A DNA stretch of 63,518 nt, counting the filler, from Octopus bimaculoides (Eukaryota), in assembly GCF_001194135.2 (NCBI RefSeq). It is 6 parts of 6 records of this genome, joined end to end, with 100 filler letters (N's around TTAATTAATTAA, not from the genome) between each part and the next. Parts side by side here need not be neighbours in the genome. Positions count along the whole stretch, not along the records: positions 46,229 to 51,964 come from NC_069004.1; positions 52,065 to 62,249 come from NC_068984.1; 4 more parts are not named here. One strand, 5' to 3'. Both the position numbers and the translations under genes were made by a program. Positions 47,007-61,705 of the stretch are shown piece by piece. Below the pieces are notes generated by a model. It did not search any database, had not been told where the DNA came from, and saw nothing but the letters and a program-made list of their open reading frames with translations. The first letter of the stretch is position 1. Every line of letters begins with the position of its first letter.

Positions 47007-48653
47007 CATATGTATATATGCACATATATACATATGTATATATGCACATATATATACATTTACATATAAACATATATATATAATATANNNNNNNNNNNNN
47101 NNNNNNNNNNNNNNNNNNNNNNNNNNNNNNNNNNNNNNNNNNNNNNNNNNNNNNNNNNNNNNNNNNNNNNNNNNNNNNNNNNNNNNNNNNNNNNNNNNNN
47201 NNNNNNNNNNNNNNNNNNNNNNNNNNNNNNNNNNNNNNNNNNNNNNNNNNNNNNNNNNNNNNNNNNNNNNNNNNNNNNNNNNNNNNNNNNNNNNNNNNNN
47301 NNNNNNNNNNNNNNNNNNNNNNNNNNNNNNNNNNNNNNNNNNNNNNNNNNNNNNNNNNNNNNNNNNNNNNNNNNNNNNNNNNNNNNNNNNNNNNNNNNNN
47401 NNNNNNNNNNNNNNNNNNNNNNNNNNNNNNNNNNNNNNNNNNNNNNNNNNNNNNNNNNNNNNNNNNNNNNNNNNNNNNNNNNNNNNNNNNNNNNNNNNNN
47501 NNNNNNNNNNNNNNNNNNNNNNNNNNNNNNNNNNNNNNNNNNNNNNNNNNNNNNNNNNNNNNNNNNNNNNNNNNNNNNNNNNNNNNNNNNNNNNNNNNNN
47601 NNNNNNNNNNNNNNNNNNNNNNNNNNNNNNNNNNNNNNNNNNNNNNAGATAGTTAGACTGGAAAGAGAGGGGAGAATGAGAGAGAGAAAGAGAGAGAATG
47701 TTTGCGATGAAAACATTTTTTAATTTAAAAATATCTTTTTTAAATAGGGTGAAAGAAGAAAAAATATCTATAGTAAAAAATGGCGAATAAAGTAAAGTAA
47801 AATGAAAATAAATTATGTTTTTACGACAGTGAAATGTTCTGGAAACTGCCTGATTTTTATGTGTTTTATTCAGTTTGTAATTTAAATGATCTTAAAAAAT
47901 ATTTACTTTGATGTGGTCAACGTGAAATTAATTCCCATTTTGAATCAAGCATATCAAATGTCTGCATTAGTATATTAAACTCTATATTATAAAGAAATAG
48001 AGGTAGAAGAAATATTAAGAGCTGTAGATATATGGCGATGTGGTTTCGATCCTCGAATAAAGTCTCATTCCTTTAGACTCCAAATGTGATTAGAAAGCAA
48101 CGCGGTGTTGCGTTTCCGAAAATGACTGATGTCTACTACATTGCTAGGTATATCTGCTCTTAGGGGTACTACTTTTGGTTAACCTGATAAGTTCTCTACC
48201 TTATGTGAAGGAAACGTCGTTTATAGACGGACAGTATAAGAAGACACAACAGCTACACGCAATGAAATATTTGAAGAAGGATTTGAACTATGACACTGTG
48301 AAAAATAATATACACACAGTGAAAATTATATAAATTCTATTGAAAAAAATCTGAAGAAAATAATATCTGATAAAACTAGAACTCTAACTCAGAACTGAAC
48401 TACACACAGAGAAAAATAATGTAAATCCGTTCGAAAGATTTAAGTCAGGTCGCTATGTGTTAGTAGCACTGCCGGTAAACAATGTAGACTGGTACTACCT
48501 GTGGCATTCTGAAGAGAAAAATAATTCTGTGCTAAATAAAAAGTAATGATAATAATAAGCTCGTATAAAGGATTTTAGTCTGGTCGCTATAGTCAGTGAG
48601 GTATGCTGTTCGGGCCAGTCACGCAGACGACGATGTTATGTCGTCATAATGCG

Positions 48654-48707
<54 letters not shown>

Positions 48708-49504
48708 GTGTGTGTGTGTGTGTATGTGTGTGTGTATGTATGTATGTATGTATGTATGTATGTATGTATCTATCTATCTATCTATATACAGACAGAGTTA
48801 TAGATAAAAATATATGAATATACATATAGATATATATGTACATATACATATGTATATAAATGAAAATGAGTTAAGTGAAAACAGAAATAACCCTGGGAAC
48901 CAATTGACGTGTATATGAGCATAAAGACGAATAAAGGTTTAATGAACATCATACGACGTGAATTATTGATTATTTCACATCCAGTGAAGTAAAAATTATC
49001 CTCTGCGATAATGTAAACCAATTCTGAATAGGATGTGTGGCGGTATTCTAAAGAATCAAGAATTCTCTGCAACATGCGTATTAAGGAAAGATCAATCTGA
49101 GAGTATATAGACAAAGTGATAGCCACCGATAAATGAAAGGATTTGTCTCTGTTGAGAAAAATATGTAAATCATCTCTGATGAAGCATTAATAAGCCATGA
49201 AAATAGTTAAATCGATGTTTTATTGTTTGATCGCAGTGAGAAAAATCTGTTTAAAAAGTAATGAACACATTGCACAGTATGGATAAATAAATGTTCATTT
49301 AAAAACAGATACGCGTAAGTTTACTTTAAATATACCTCTATGACGAATCGGCTTGTCCAGTATTCGAAACTGCTATTTAATGATCATGAGTCGAACACGG
49401 TAACCACTAAGCCACGGGACTTCGCGCGCGCATACACACACACATATAGTTCTAGTAATTTATCTATCTGTTTATGTATATGTATACCATCTATTATATT
49501 ATAT

Positions 49505-49556
<52 letters not shown>

Positions 49557-49689
49557 ATGGTATATATTATATATTATNNNNNNNNNNNNNNNNNNNNNNN
49601 NNNNNNNNNNNNNNNNNNNNNNNNNNNNNNNNNNNNNNNNNNNNNNNNNNNNNNNNNNNNNNNNNNNNNNNNNNNNNNNNNNNNNNNNN

Positions 49690-49726
<37 letters not shown>

Positions 49727-50217
49727 GTCAAAGACGGAGAGGAAGAAAGAGAAGGGTGAGAGATAGAGAGAGAGATATGGAAAAACGCGCGTGCGTACGC
49801 GGGGAGAACAAGAGTCAGAAAGAAAGATAGAGACAGAGAAAGAGAGATAGTGAGATAGAGAGATAGAGAAAGAGAGGAAGGGAATGGATTCATAGTCGAA
49901 AGTCTAAATGTATAGGAATGGCTGTTAAAACTCATTCAAATATCATCACGTGAATCAAAAACAAATAAACGAAAAGCTGCACCAATGACGTAAAAATAAA
50001 AAAAAATTCCCATCCAAAAATCATCAAAAATTAAAAAAAACAAAAAAATTAACTAAGCTAAAAGCGATAAATATACTTAGCAGCTAGGACATTAGTATGC
50101 GGATACGTACCATTTCACAGACACACAGACACATATATATGGTTTCAATACACATACACATACACGTACACACACACATATATATACATATATACATATA
50201 TATATGTACACGCATAC

Positions 50218-50251
<34 letters not shown>

Positions 50252-50924
50252 GTATAACTTACATACACACACACACATATTACATATACATACATATAAA
50301 GACAAACGTGCATATATATATACAAACATACATCTGCATATACGTACATNNNNNNNNNNNNNNNNNNNNNNNNNNNNNNNNNNNNNNNNNNNNNNNNNNN
50401 NNNNNNNNNNNNNNNNNNNNNNNNNNNNNNNNNNNNNNNNNNNNNNNNNNNNNNNNNNNNNNNNNNNNNNNNNNNNNNNNNNNNNNNNNNNNNNNNNNNN
50501 NNNNNNNNNNNNNNNNNNNNNNNNNNNNNNNNNNNNNNNNNNNNNNNNNNNNNNNNNNNNNNNNNNNNNNNNNNNNNNNNNNNNNNNNNNNNNNNNNNNN
50601 NNNNNNNNNNNNNNNNNNNNNNNNNNNNNNNNNNNNNNNNNNNNNNNNNNNNNNNNNNNNNNNNNNNNNNNNNNNNNNNNNNNNNNNNNNNNNNNNNNNN
50701 NNNNNNNNNNNNNNNNNNNNNNNNNNNNNNNNNNNNNNNNNNNNNNNNNNNNNNNNNNNNNNNNNNNNNNNNNNNNNNNNNNNNNNNNNNNNNNNNNNNN
50801 NNNNNNNNNNNNNNNNNNNNNNNNNNNNNNNNNNNNNNNNNNNNNTATATATATATATATATATATAAACATACATCCTTACGTATATATAAACATACCT
50901 CCCAACCTACTCTCCCACATACAT

Positions 50925-50985
<61 letters not shown>

Positions 50986-51905
50986 CGACTGTAAATACAT
51001 GCTTTTTTATACACATATTACTCCATTTCCTCTCTTCCACAATTCCACCTACCATAACACCGCACCCCGTGTACCACCGTACCATCATGCTCACCAAATC
51101 TACCCAAACCCACCCGAACACCCCGCCACACCTGGTAATTGCTACTTGCAAACATGTCTATTGATTTCCTCATCTTTATTTACACTATTGATATAATCAG
51201 GCATAATCAATACCTTAGCTAAGGATCGACCACTTCTCTAAGTACTTAATATATGTATTATTTGTGCCTTTTACTATTGTTTTCTTCAATGTCGTTTTTG
51301 TTGTTGTTGTTGCAGTGGTGGTGGTCATTGTTGGTAGTATTGCTGTTGTTGTTGTTGTTGTTGTTGTGTTGAATGTTTGTTTTCTAATTTTTTGTTATTG
51401 TTGGTTTTGCGGCTGTTGGAATTTTTGTTGTTTTTGTTGGTGTTGTTGATTGTGTCGTGGCATTGTTGTTTGTCGTCCTGACTTGCCTGCACGACGATAA
51501 ATAACTGAGTTAATGCCCTTGCTCATTCATACATGCATATATATACATAGATACATACATTCCTAAATACATAATTCACACATGCATGGATTCATACATA
51601 CATTCATGCAAACACTTACTTATACATACATATACATAAAAACAGGCACATGACAGATTTGTAAAAGAACTACAATGTATTTATACATATACATACAAAT
51701 ATATACATAGATATGCCAGGCTACCCGCATACACATTATGTGCACACACAGACACACATACACTTAATTTTTATTTAATAATTATTATTGAAATATGCTT
51801 TAACATGTGTGAATGTGCTTCTCTATATGCATATAAACTTGTGTATATGTATACATAAATATATATATATATACATACACACCTACATATCTACATATAT
51901 CATTC

Positions 51906-51964
<59 letters not shown>

Positions 51965-52064
51965 NNNNNNNNNNNNNNNNNNNNNNNNNNNNNNNNNNNN
52001 NNNNNNNNTTAATTAATTAANNNNNNNNNNNNNNNNNNNNNNNNNNNNNNNNNNNNNNNNNNNN

Positions 52065-52117
<53 letters not shown>

Positions 52118-53769
52118 GGTATATGTGTTGACTGTATAAAAGCTTATAAATATATGTATGTATGTGTGTATGTGTATATATTAGATATCTATATATATAT
52201 ATATATATGAATATTACTTCACCATTTTTCACCCGTCATCATTGTCGTAAGAATGTTCAATGATGATTAAATCGATGTTGGAAAATGTTAATGTTTTCAT
52301 AAAGACGTTGAATTATCCTGAAATTTACTATTGAAATTTTGAAATAAAATTCCATTTATTCCCTTAACCAAGGAATTTCTTTTGTCAAATTTTTATGTCT
52401 TGGACTTATTTCATACTTGTTGTTGTTGTTCTTTAAACCTAAGTCATCTCTTCACCAAATGCTGTGGAAGGATTCCGACCATCTGCTAGTGACTAAAAGC
52501 GGACTGGCAGCTTACTATGAAATAAAAGAACTATCAGCAATTGAGGGAAAGCAGTTCACTGTGAGTGTAATAGTAATCGTATTGCCTCGTGTAAATATTT
52601 CTTTACCCTGCTTCGTTGAATTATTTATCCAACACCAGGATATAAAATCAAGCAGACGTATGATAAATGTAGTCTAAGCTATTGCTAGTTCATTTCTTTT
52701 TAAAGCAATATATTGTTCCTTTTATAAGCATAGGTGTCGTTTAAGGGAAAATGGGATGTTGTTTCTGGCAGGTCCTACTGCTAATGATTTCAGTAATATA
52801 GCAAAAAATCGTAGAGTGAGTTTGTGGTAGATCACGAATCAGAAAATTGTCGACATTTTTTCACTAAAAGGACTTGATATTACTTCGTTTTTGTATCTGG
52901 TTTGTTGGATATTTATTTAACCAATTGACTAATAATAAAGGAGTTGAACCAGAGCGTGTGTTAATAATATTGGCACAATGACTCTCCCTTGACTTGATAT
53001 AAACATAAGATAAAAAATATATCCTGACATTACGTATACGACAATGGCACTCACTGACCACAAGGATTATGGTAGCTCACTATCGTCGGACTACAATACC
53101 ATTCCACCTTCACAAGGGTCGGTGAACTGTTCTTTCTTATTAACATTCCTAAGAAATTTCCCTGCTAGGTAGATTTTCCTGCCAACGATGAGACATTTTA
53201 CATATCTATAAAAGCAAAATATTAAAGCTCCGCTTTTTACTACTGGAAATATTTTATTGACAATAATACTTGAATATTGAAAAACTAAAGAAAAGTAACG
53301 CAACTCTCTCTTCGTCCCTTATTGGGTTAATTCTGTTAATGTTGACTGTTATATCTGTGCAGATAAAAGTTACGGCCATCTTCAAGATGTTTACTCGAAG
53401 TATTGCAGTTTCATGTGTCTGTGGAACTCGAAATCTCATAATGGACGTTATGTTGATAAAGATTAGCCCCAGAGACTAACCACGAACCCTGGTTATTTTA
53501 ATATTAAACATATTTCCCTGTTACCCGCCAAAAATGTCATCCGTCTTTCATTACACATTAACCCTTTCCAAGCATCTCATCAAGGCTCTAGGTAAAGATG
53601 AGCCAGAGTTCTCTTCTCGATATAAACTGTTCGTTTTTTTTAATATCAAAGTCGGGGAAAGTATCTTCGTCATTGCTCAAATACGTAAAATGATTGAAAA
53701 ATGATTTTCCGTGTTTGCTTCCTCAGTCTTTAAGCAAGATTTCTCTCAAAACTTTTGCAAGGAAATTTC

Positions 53770-53965
53770 GAGGGTTAGGGTGTTGCCCTCAAAATCGCAT
53801 GGTCATGACCCCGATTTCCGGACCGTGCAAAATATTTCGTTTCACGTTACCCTAGGCCGCTCAGCTGCAAATGAGTAGCCCTACGACGGACTGGTGTCTC
53901 GTTCAAGACATATGTTGTAATATCGGTCCCTTATAATCCATGGAAACCAAGTAACTGGTCCGATA
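53770..53965 (+). mobile_element. SINE family B, degraded
   Basis: gggttagggtgttgc head remnants and tttcacgttac..cagctgcaaatgagta body. Confidence 0.55.
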
Positions 53966-54789
53966 AATCCTAGGACTCGAGATAATAATATCCAGTGATT
54001 ATTGATGATGATGATGATGATGATGATGTCTGGAATTTGCAGCAAATTGATGGTTGATGGCTGAAAACTATCCGTTGTTGAGATGCAAAATATTATTGAA
54101 ATTTTATTTTCTGCGCTCTTATTTGTGCTTTTTCCATGGTAAGTTTGGTGATGTATCTAACGAACAATGTGAATGATCTCCCCGAAATATCAATGGCACT
54201 GAAAGAAAAAAAATGTCAAGGTTAGTAGCCAAAGACACTGCTTGTATCACTGCTGCTGTTATATAACGCAACACTCTAGAACAAACCTCCAAACACTGGA
54301 AAAGTGCCAAATACTGATTATTAAAAAAATAACTGGATTTCATTTTTATTTTAATCCCGAAGAGAATGAAAAGCAGGGATCGAACTTGCAAAATCATTCG
54401 CTCGTCAGACAAACTGCTTTGTAGGATATCTTCTGACACTAGATTCTGAATTTAAATACCTCCGAAGTCAGTTTTGCCTTTCATCCCTTTGACTTGTCCC
54501 TGCACCACAAAATTGCGGTCTTTGAACCCTACAACGGACCAGTGTCCTGTTCAGAGGTATGTCGTGGCTTCGGTCATTTATACGCCATGGAAACCCGGTA
54601 GTTAGCTTTATGAATCCCAAGGTTCGGGAGAGAAAAAAAGAAGAGTGAAATATGCTAAGTTAAGCTGATAAAATATGTACCATAGCAACACATTAACCTG
54701 GTATATTAAAACTAAAATTTTCATTTAATTTTGAGAATAAAAAAAAATGAGGAGAAACTTGGTGTTGTAAATACTCTAAACGCTGACCA

Positions 54790-55438
54790 TGTGACTTTGA
54801 ACGACAAACCAACCGCAAATGTTAAAGAGTTTAACTATCGAGGCATTAAAATAACAATGGATGAAGATTTATTCATGAAATAAATTCAAGAATTAGCAAA
54901 CCAATCATTCGGTATGTTAAACTCAATATGGAAACCATCAATACTCGGCAAGAGCACCAAAATACGATTTTAAAAAAGCAACGTATTTAGCATCCTCCTC
55001 TTTGGATCCGAATGTTGGAAAACAACCAAAAGTATTGAAAAGGAATTGGTGGTGTTTCAATATAAATGCTTACGAAAAAGTTTGAAGGTCTAATTGCCGA
55101 ATATGATCTTGAGTAGCCAACTACACACCAAGGCTAACGTGAGACCAATAAGAGAAGCTATGGAAGTAAGGAGATGGAAATGGCTAGGTCGAGTTTGTCG
55201 CTGTAAACTGAACTCAATTGTCAGGATCGCTTTGCAATAGGTTCCACGAGGTAAAAGATGTGGCTGACCAAAGGAAACGGGGTGGAGAACAATAACTAAA
55301 GATCTTAAAAACAGAGGGTTAACAATGGAATAAACTGTCAAAGACGCTTTCAGTGTTAGAAGGTGGAATGATCTTGCTGTCACCTCAAGTGCCACAAGGC
55401 ACAATGAGAACCGAATGAATGAATGAATGAATGAATGT
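54790..55438 (+). mobile_element. RTE-clade LINE 3' fragment
   Basis: With stops: ANQSFGMLNSIWK...KSTKIRF*KSNVFSILLFGSECWKTTK...FQYKCLRK...RRWKWLGRVCR...ETGWRTI; ends in an (AATG)n tail. Confidence 0.85.
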
Positions 55439-57438
55439 TCTTCATTTTAACACTGCCAGAATATCAAATGATTTCATTGTATATGAAACATAATGTTGGT
55501 TTGAGAACTTGGCACAGCAGTTTCGGGGAAGGAACTACGTCGATTACATCGATCCAGTACTTAGTTGGTACTTACTTTATCGACAGAATAAGTAGCAGAC
55601 TTTAAAATAAGTGCTGGGGTCTATTTGTTTGAGTAAGTCCAGCCCCAGCATGGCTGCAGTCGTCATGTGACTGGAATAGATTTTTAAAAATAAAAGATTA
55701 AAGATTAAATTCTGTTTGTAAAAAAAAATATATATATATATTTCAAATCTGTGGTTGGTGTATTTGAATTAAAGAAGGTCATTCAACTTTGTTATAAAAA
55801 TTTGCGAAAAACGAAAATTTGTCGAAGTGCTTAATTTCTCTCAACAAAAATGTGTCGACTCACCCACTGTTAAAATCGGTTAGCCAACTAAACTTTTGTT
55901 TACTCCCATACAATACGGGACTAAGGATCAAAGTCCCTTTACTCTATTTTGTGGTTCATTATTTATTTAAGACAGCGTGTTGGCAGAATCATTAGCACGC
56001 TGGACAAAATACTAAGGGGCATTTCTTCCAGCTCTTCACGTTCTGAGTTCAAGTTCCACCTGGATCGGCTAGTGCGTACTATATACGAGGTTGAAAATGA
56101 AAAATATTTTCTAAGCAATGTCCGAGTCTCTATTTGCTGTCTGGCAATGTTTCTTCAGACGCATTTTGTGATGTCGGACGCGAAAATACCTTAGGCTAAG
56201 CCTGAAAGCAATGAAGTCATATAAGAATCATCCATAACTTGCAGTAAGCAACAGTTATTAAAATAAAAGTATTCAGAACACAGAATAACATGTAACAAAA
56301 GCAATTTGCAAACATATTTTCGTTATTATTGTTATTTCTTTATTTTTTGCAAAGAGCACAAAAAGCTACACGTTTGCATTATGTTATATATACAATAATA
56401 ATAAAGGACATTACCGCATATATGTTTACAAACCAAGGACGTTATATAGACCTCCTTGACTCAGTTAGAGAAGGGGTGCGTATTATACACAAGGTTTAGG
56501 TTTTTCAGAGGTACAGCCCTCTAAAAATCCCTTGCATATTATACTCAAGGGCGGACTATACTCGAGGATTTAAGGTAGTTATCATTTGATTACTGGGGTT
56601 ACAATAATCGATTTACACTCACCCCCGAAATTGCTGGCTTCATGCCCAAATTTGAAAGCATTGTTTATAATAGCACTATTGGTTAAATTAAAAACCACCA
56701 AACCTTCATTATATACTTCTGTATGAACACTACCGTACTATACTGTAGCTATCTTTTTTCCTCCGGTTCAAAATGATGCCTCCATACCTTAACGACTGAG
56801 ATGTCTTTTCGGACTATAAAAAAAAAATGAGAAGAAAAATGCGAAAAAAAGACAAGAAAAATAGGTGGATTATTATAAAGGGATAAAATAATTAACCTAT
56901 TAAGATTCTTATCAAATAATATAATATTTCCAACATACATCTGCTAGTGAGAATTTAGAGAAATTACTCGTTCAGGTGTGATTAAACGTTGCAGAGGGGG
57001 GAAAAAAAGGTGAAAGAAAGAAGAGCAGACGACATGAAAGGTAAGAAAAAGAAGAAAGCCATTGGCTATATCAAAAGTTAAATAGTTTCGTGTAATTAAC
57101 TCCCTACGGCAATGTATTCCACAATTATAATGTTTTTCAGTAGCGCCGGTGGGAGAAAGTTTGACTGACGAAGAGAAGAAAAGAAAAACAAAAAAACTAC
57201 CATCTCAACTATTGTTTATTAAACAGTGACAGCAACAACAGCAACAACATCGACAACAACAACTAATACCAACTAATTACAGAGAAAAATTATTATCTCG
57301 CTGAGGCAGGTTAAAAGTCTTGCGTTTTCTATTCGTTGCTTTTCTACGTTTGGTCTCATCTTCTCCATTTATTAAATAAATAAATAAAATAAATAAATAA
57401 ATAAAACTGAGTTTTGTTGGGGAGCGAAACTTGTCTCT

Positions 57439-57439
<1 letters not shown>

Positions 57440-57507
<68 letters not shown>

Positions 57508-57971
57508 AAGGTGGTGGTGGTGGTGTGAAGTCATCAAGGTGGACTAGGAAAATAGTGAACGCATCAGTCGATTGGTCTGCTCTCATCGGAACTTGNNNNN
57601 NNNNNNNNNNNNNNNNNNNNNNNNNNNNNNNNNNNNNNNNNNNNNNNNNNNNNNNNNNNNNNNNNNNNNNNNNNNNNNNNNNNNNNNNNNNNNNNNNNNN
57701 NNNNNNNNNNNNNNNNNNNNNNNNNNNNNNNNNNNNNNNNNNNNNNNNNNNNNNNNNNNNNNNNNNNNNNNNNNNNNNNNNNNNNNNGAGAAAGAGAGGC
57801 AGAGACAGAGAGAGAAAGAGAGAGACAGAGACAGAGAGAGACACAGACAGAGAAAGACAGAGAGAGACACAGACAGAGAAAGACAGAGAGAGACACAGAC
57901 AGAGAAAGACAGAGAGAGAGTGTGTGAGTGTGTGTGTCGGTGTGTGTGTGTATGTGTGTGTGTGTGTGTCG

Positions 57972-58003
<32 letters not shown>

Positions 58004-58127
58004 ATTCATGTATGAAGATATAGACAGTTATCTCCATATCCTTATAAATGCATATATAGACATACAATACATACACACACACACACGCACGCACACACAC
58101 ACATACATACATACACACTCACATACA

Positions 58128-58160
<33 letters not shown>
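57440..58160. repeat. (TAG)n, GA/GACA-rich, (GT)n and (TACA)n repeat cluster with a gap
   Basis: Direct reading. Confidence 0.9.
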
Positions 58161-58161
<1 letters not shown>

Positions 58162-58451
58162 CATTTACACAAAAGTCTAGTGATACTAGTTTATTTATTT
58201 ATTTATTTTTTTCAAATAAAGGGCAAAATGAACTGATGCGGATTCTCCGAATCCAATTTATATGTGGCACAGTGAAGGTCTGTAAGACATTCCAAAGATC
58301 CACCATCTGAAACTTAGCTCAGCCAACAAGCCAAGTCAACCGCATAATTACAAATACCGGGAATTCAACTCAAAATTTCGTCTCGCTTTGTTAGCGACCG
58401 GTTTGAAGACTCTTAAGAAGAACTTAATTAAAACTCAAAGAAAAGTCATAC

Positions 58452-58875
58452 GCGCAAGAGTGGCTGTGTGGTAAGTAGCTTGCCTATATGGCTAATTAAT
58501 GAAATAAAGTAGCTTGCTTATCAACCACATGGTTCTGGGCTCAGCCCCACTGCGAGTCTTCTACTATAGCCCCGGGCCGACCAAAGCCTTGTGAGTGGAT
58601 TAAGTTGACAGAAACCGAAAGAAACTCTGAGCTGGCAGAAACGTTAGCACGCCGGGCGAAATGCTTATCGGGATTTCGTCTGCCGTTACGTTCTGAGTTC
58701 AAATTCCTCCGAGGTCGACTTTGCCTTTCATCCTTTCGGAGTCGACAAATTAAGTACCAGTTACGCACTGGGGTCAATGTAATCGACTTAATCCCTTTGT
58801 CAGTCCTTGTTTGTCCCCTCTATGTTTAACCCCTTGTGGGCAATAAAGAAATAAGGAAACTAAAAGAAGCCAGTC

Positions 58876-58923
<48 letters not shown>

Positions 58924-59015
58924 GTGTATGCGTCTGTGTGTCCGCCATCGCTTGACAGGCCGATGCTGGAGTGTTTACGTCCCTGTAACTTGGTTGCTCG
59001 GCAAAAGAGACCGAT
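58452..59015 (+). mobile_element. SINE family C host element split by a family A insertion
   Basis: Family C at 58452-58625 resumes at about 58857. Confidence 0.75.
58630..58855 (+). mobile_element. SINE family A nested inside a family C SINE
   Basis: Young-looking copy flanked by gaaaccgaaagaa / gaaactaaaagaa. Confidence 0.85.
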
Positions 59016-59404
59016 ACTAGGCTTATTTGAAATATAGAATATTCACTGAGATACAATTCTTGTAATCTAAGTCTAATGATTGGGAAATCCTACGCAATTG
59101 TATACGAATTATTGGGTATCCATTGCTGAGAAATCTGGTTTCAAAAAACAAGGAAAATCTTGACGTAAGATATAAAAGAAACATTATTTCACATTATTTT
59201 TCTTCTGTTGATGCACTTTACTCGAGCTGAAAGTAGATTAATGAGACGAGATGAGAGATTAATGTATAAAGCTATTTAAAATGTATATGGCGCCCTCTGA
59301 GTTATGGCTGTTAATTGTCGTCAGCATTAACTCGTATCCGAGTAGTAGATCAGTAGCCAGTGAGTGAGCCTTTTCATCATGATGGGTATGACGGGTGCCG
59401 GTGT

Positions 59405-59750
59405 CTGAGATGGCTGTTCAAACCAAGGGTGATAGAGAAAGGCCGAGGGCTTTTATCGCAGGGTAGAGTTCATGGGGGATGAGGAAGTGCAAGTCGCTCT
59501 TTCTTTGCCTCTTGCTGTTTACTATTTTCCATCAGGTCTGTACCCTCGACGATGACATGCCGTTACTTAAGGTGGTCCTTGGCGATTGTCTCCCAGATAT
59601 TTGGGTCAACGGAGCAACAGAGGAGAGTGGCCTTGAGCTGGTCTCGGAAACAGAATTTGGTGGCTCCGCGTGATCTGGTGTCTGAGGCCAACTTCACAAA
59701 AGGAGTTGACTGAGGAGGTGCGTTTGAGGCATACATATGATGTCTCAACC
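59405..59750 (-). mobile_element. RTE-BovB-like LINE 3' end
   Basis: RSRGATKFCFRDQLKATLLCCSVDPNIWETIAKDHLK*RHVIVEG..., then a degenerate PCDK..RPF...GLNSHLR zinc-finger tail. Confidence 0.75.
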
Positions 59751-60171
59751 GGCGGAGGCGGTGCTGAGCCGTTAATGCAAGAGAAATAACAATTCTTTCA
59801 CAGCATAAAGTGGGATATAAATCTGCATTGGAAAATTAAGGAGTGCGGGGAAGAAGATATATAGAGTCCCCATATCTATTCCTTCATCTATGACGAAACC
59901 CTTTCTAGTTAGTGGTAATCATGCATAGGACTATTTCATTCTTTTTAGAAATCTTAATTAACCAAGAAATGCAAAAATAATCAAGAGTGACGCCGTGGAT
60001 GATACTATGCGCTCTTCAGTTCCATTTCATTAAGTAAACTAGAATACAGACGAAAGAATCTACATAACAATTCTGAATAAAAGAATGCCGAGTAAAAGAT
60101 TATAGTCCAGCTCCTGAACCATTTGGCTACTACGCTCCAATAGAAACCGAATAGAAACTCTATAACTTGGA

Positions 60172-60290
60172 CACAAGGCCAGCAATTTTTTCAGGGGAAG
60201 AAGAAGTCGACCTCAATGTTCACAGTGGAATTTGAACTTGTCTAGAGCCGGAAGAAATGCTGCTAAGCATTTTGTCCGATTCTGCCAGCT
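60172..60290 (-). mobile_element. SINE family A, degraded or deleted
   Basis: Partial reverse-complement match; similar fragments at about 35865-35995, 43750-43825, 45258-45400, 55510-55585 and 55975-56060. Confidence 0.6.
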
Positions 60291-60391
60291 CATTGACTTG
60301 AGGTCTTTTATAGTGGCTGCAACATAGTGAGTTATATGACAATGAGGACTTTTCTTATAAGTCTGTTCTTTGCAAATGTTAACTAAAACCT

Positions 60392-60837
60392 AGCGCTGCA
60401 TTTACCATTATGCAAAATAAACACATGCTCAGAGCATCAAGGGGAGGAGGGCACCACAGTAATAGTAAATGGTTTATAGCACAAAGGAAATCACTTTAAA
60501 CTTGCTAAAATAAAATTTGAAGTGCTTTATATAATCGGAAATATAATTTCGAAGTGCTCATGGTGTCATAGATAGGATCTGATCAAAGACATTGCAATTA
60601 TAAAAAATAAAATAAATAAATATAAAACACAAGAGAAGACTTTTCAAATATAAATAAAGTAGAAATATAGAAAAATAAACATTATTTTCCATCTTATTTT
60701 TAATTTTCTTTCATTTTGAGAAATTGAAATTTATTTTAAGGTTTTTTTATTGCTTATATTTTTAATTACGAAAAAAAAATGGGTTGACTAAAATCATTTG
60801 GATGTTAGGGCCTCTGAGGCTCCTAATCCGGCCCCTA
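60392..60837 (+). mobile_element. MITE-like dispersed repeat, copy 2
   Basis: Homologous to 36790-37118; ends cctaatccggcccct. Confidence 0.6.
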
Positions 60838-61705
60838 GATAAAAGGGTACTAAGAAAAAGGGAAATATGTCTGGACATTATATAACCAGATCTATTTCTC
60901 AGGCAAGAAAAACGAAAAGCCGACATTATTAGAGATGGAGAGCTGAAAAGTTGTATGTAGGTGTTCGCAAGTCAATGTCACATGACCTAAACATCAACGT
61001 CATAATTTTTTTTTTGTTTTGTTTTTGGCGCTCGTCTCATAATTGGCTCTTTGACGGTTATTATATAGTCAAGTATCACGAGATGTTTATCAAACATTAA
61101 CTTATATCTACATACTTATAATACTGCTTATGACACCACGACCTCTGCTTCTAATGAACCAAACTGATGTCTAAAGCTGGAATTTCGAAATGACAGTACA
61201 TAATTATATTTACAGAAAGTTACAATCCCCGTATACCATTATTATTTTCTAAAACTAACGAATGTCAATGATTAATGTAGATTCAAAAAACATTTTCAAA
61301 CGACTTCCTTGTGGTATTTTGATAGAATATATTATCAGTCTATCCTTTCGTCATCAACATTATAGTCGGCGTTTTTTTTAATTTTATATTCTTTCTATTT
61401 ACATCTTTGTTCCTCCTCCTCTTTTTCCTCCTCCACCTTCACCTCTCCTCTTTTTTTCAATATTACTACCATCGTCGTAAGCCTGGAGAACCGCCATGTT
61501 TTGTTTTTACGCCTTGAGTTTTCTGATAAAAGATGTTTTTAGCAAACAAAAAAATAATATTAACGGGAACACAATGGCGTAGCGAGCGTGTATGCCGTCT
61601 GGAAAAGCCCTTGAGTTTGCCGTTGTCACCCTCTCACAACCACCACCACCACCACCACCACTACCCCCCACCACCACCACTACACATGCTTATACAGCAA
61701 ACTCA

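Noticed and set aside
48892-49096. Minus-strand exon IDLSLIRMLQRILDS... resembling the XK-family D.SMLRL.E.FLES motif, with a possible partner exon near 53100-53200
   Set aside because: The conserved APQL motif is absent, the donor is weak, and the order relative to the 34.3-kb exon is wrong; too weak to call.
52444-52560. Possible 117-nt plus-strand exon (SSLHQMLWKDSDHLL...)
   Set aside because: Good donor, but no recognisable homology, and phase 0 does not fit the DDX24 chain.
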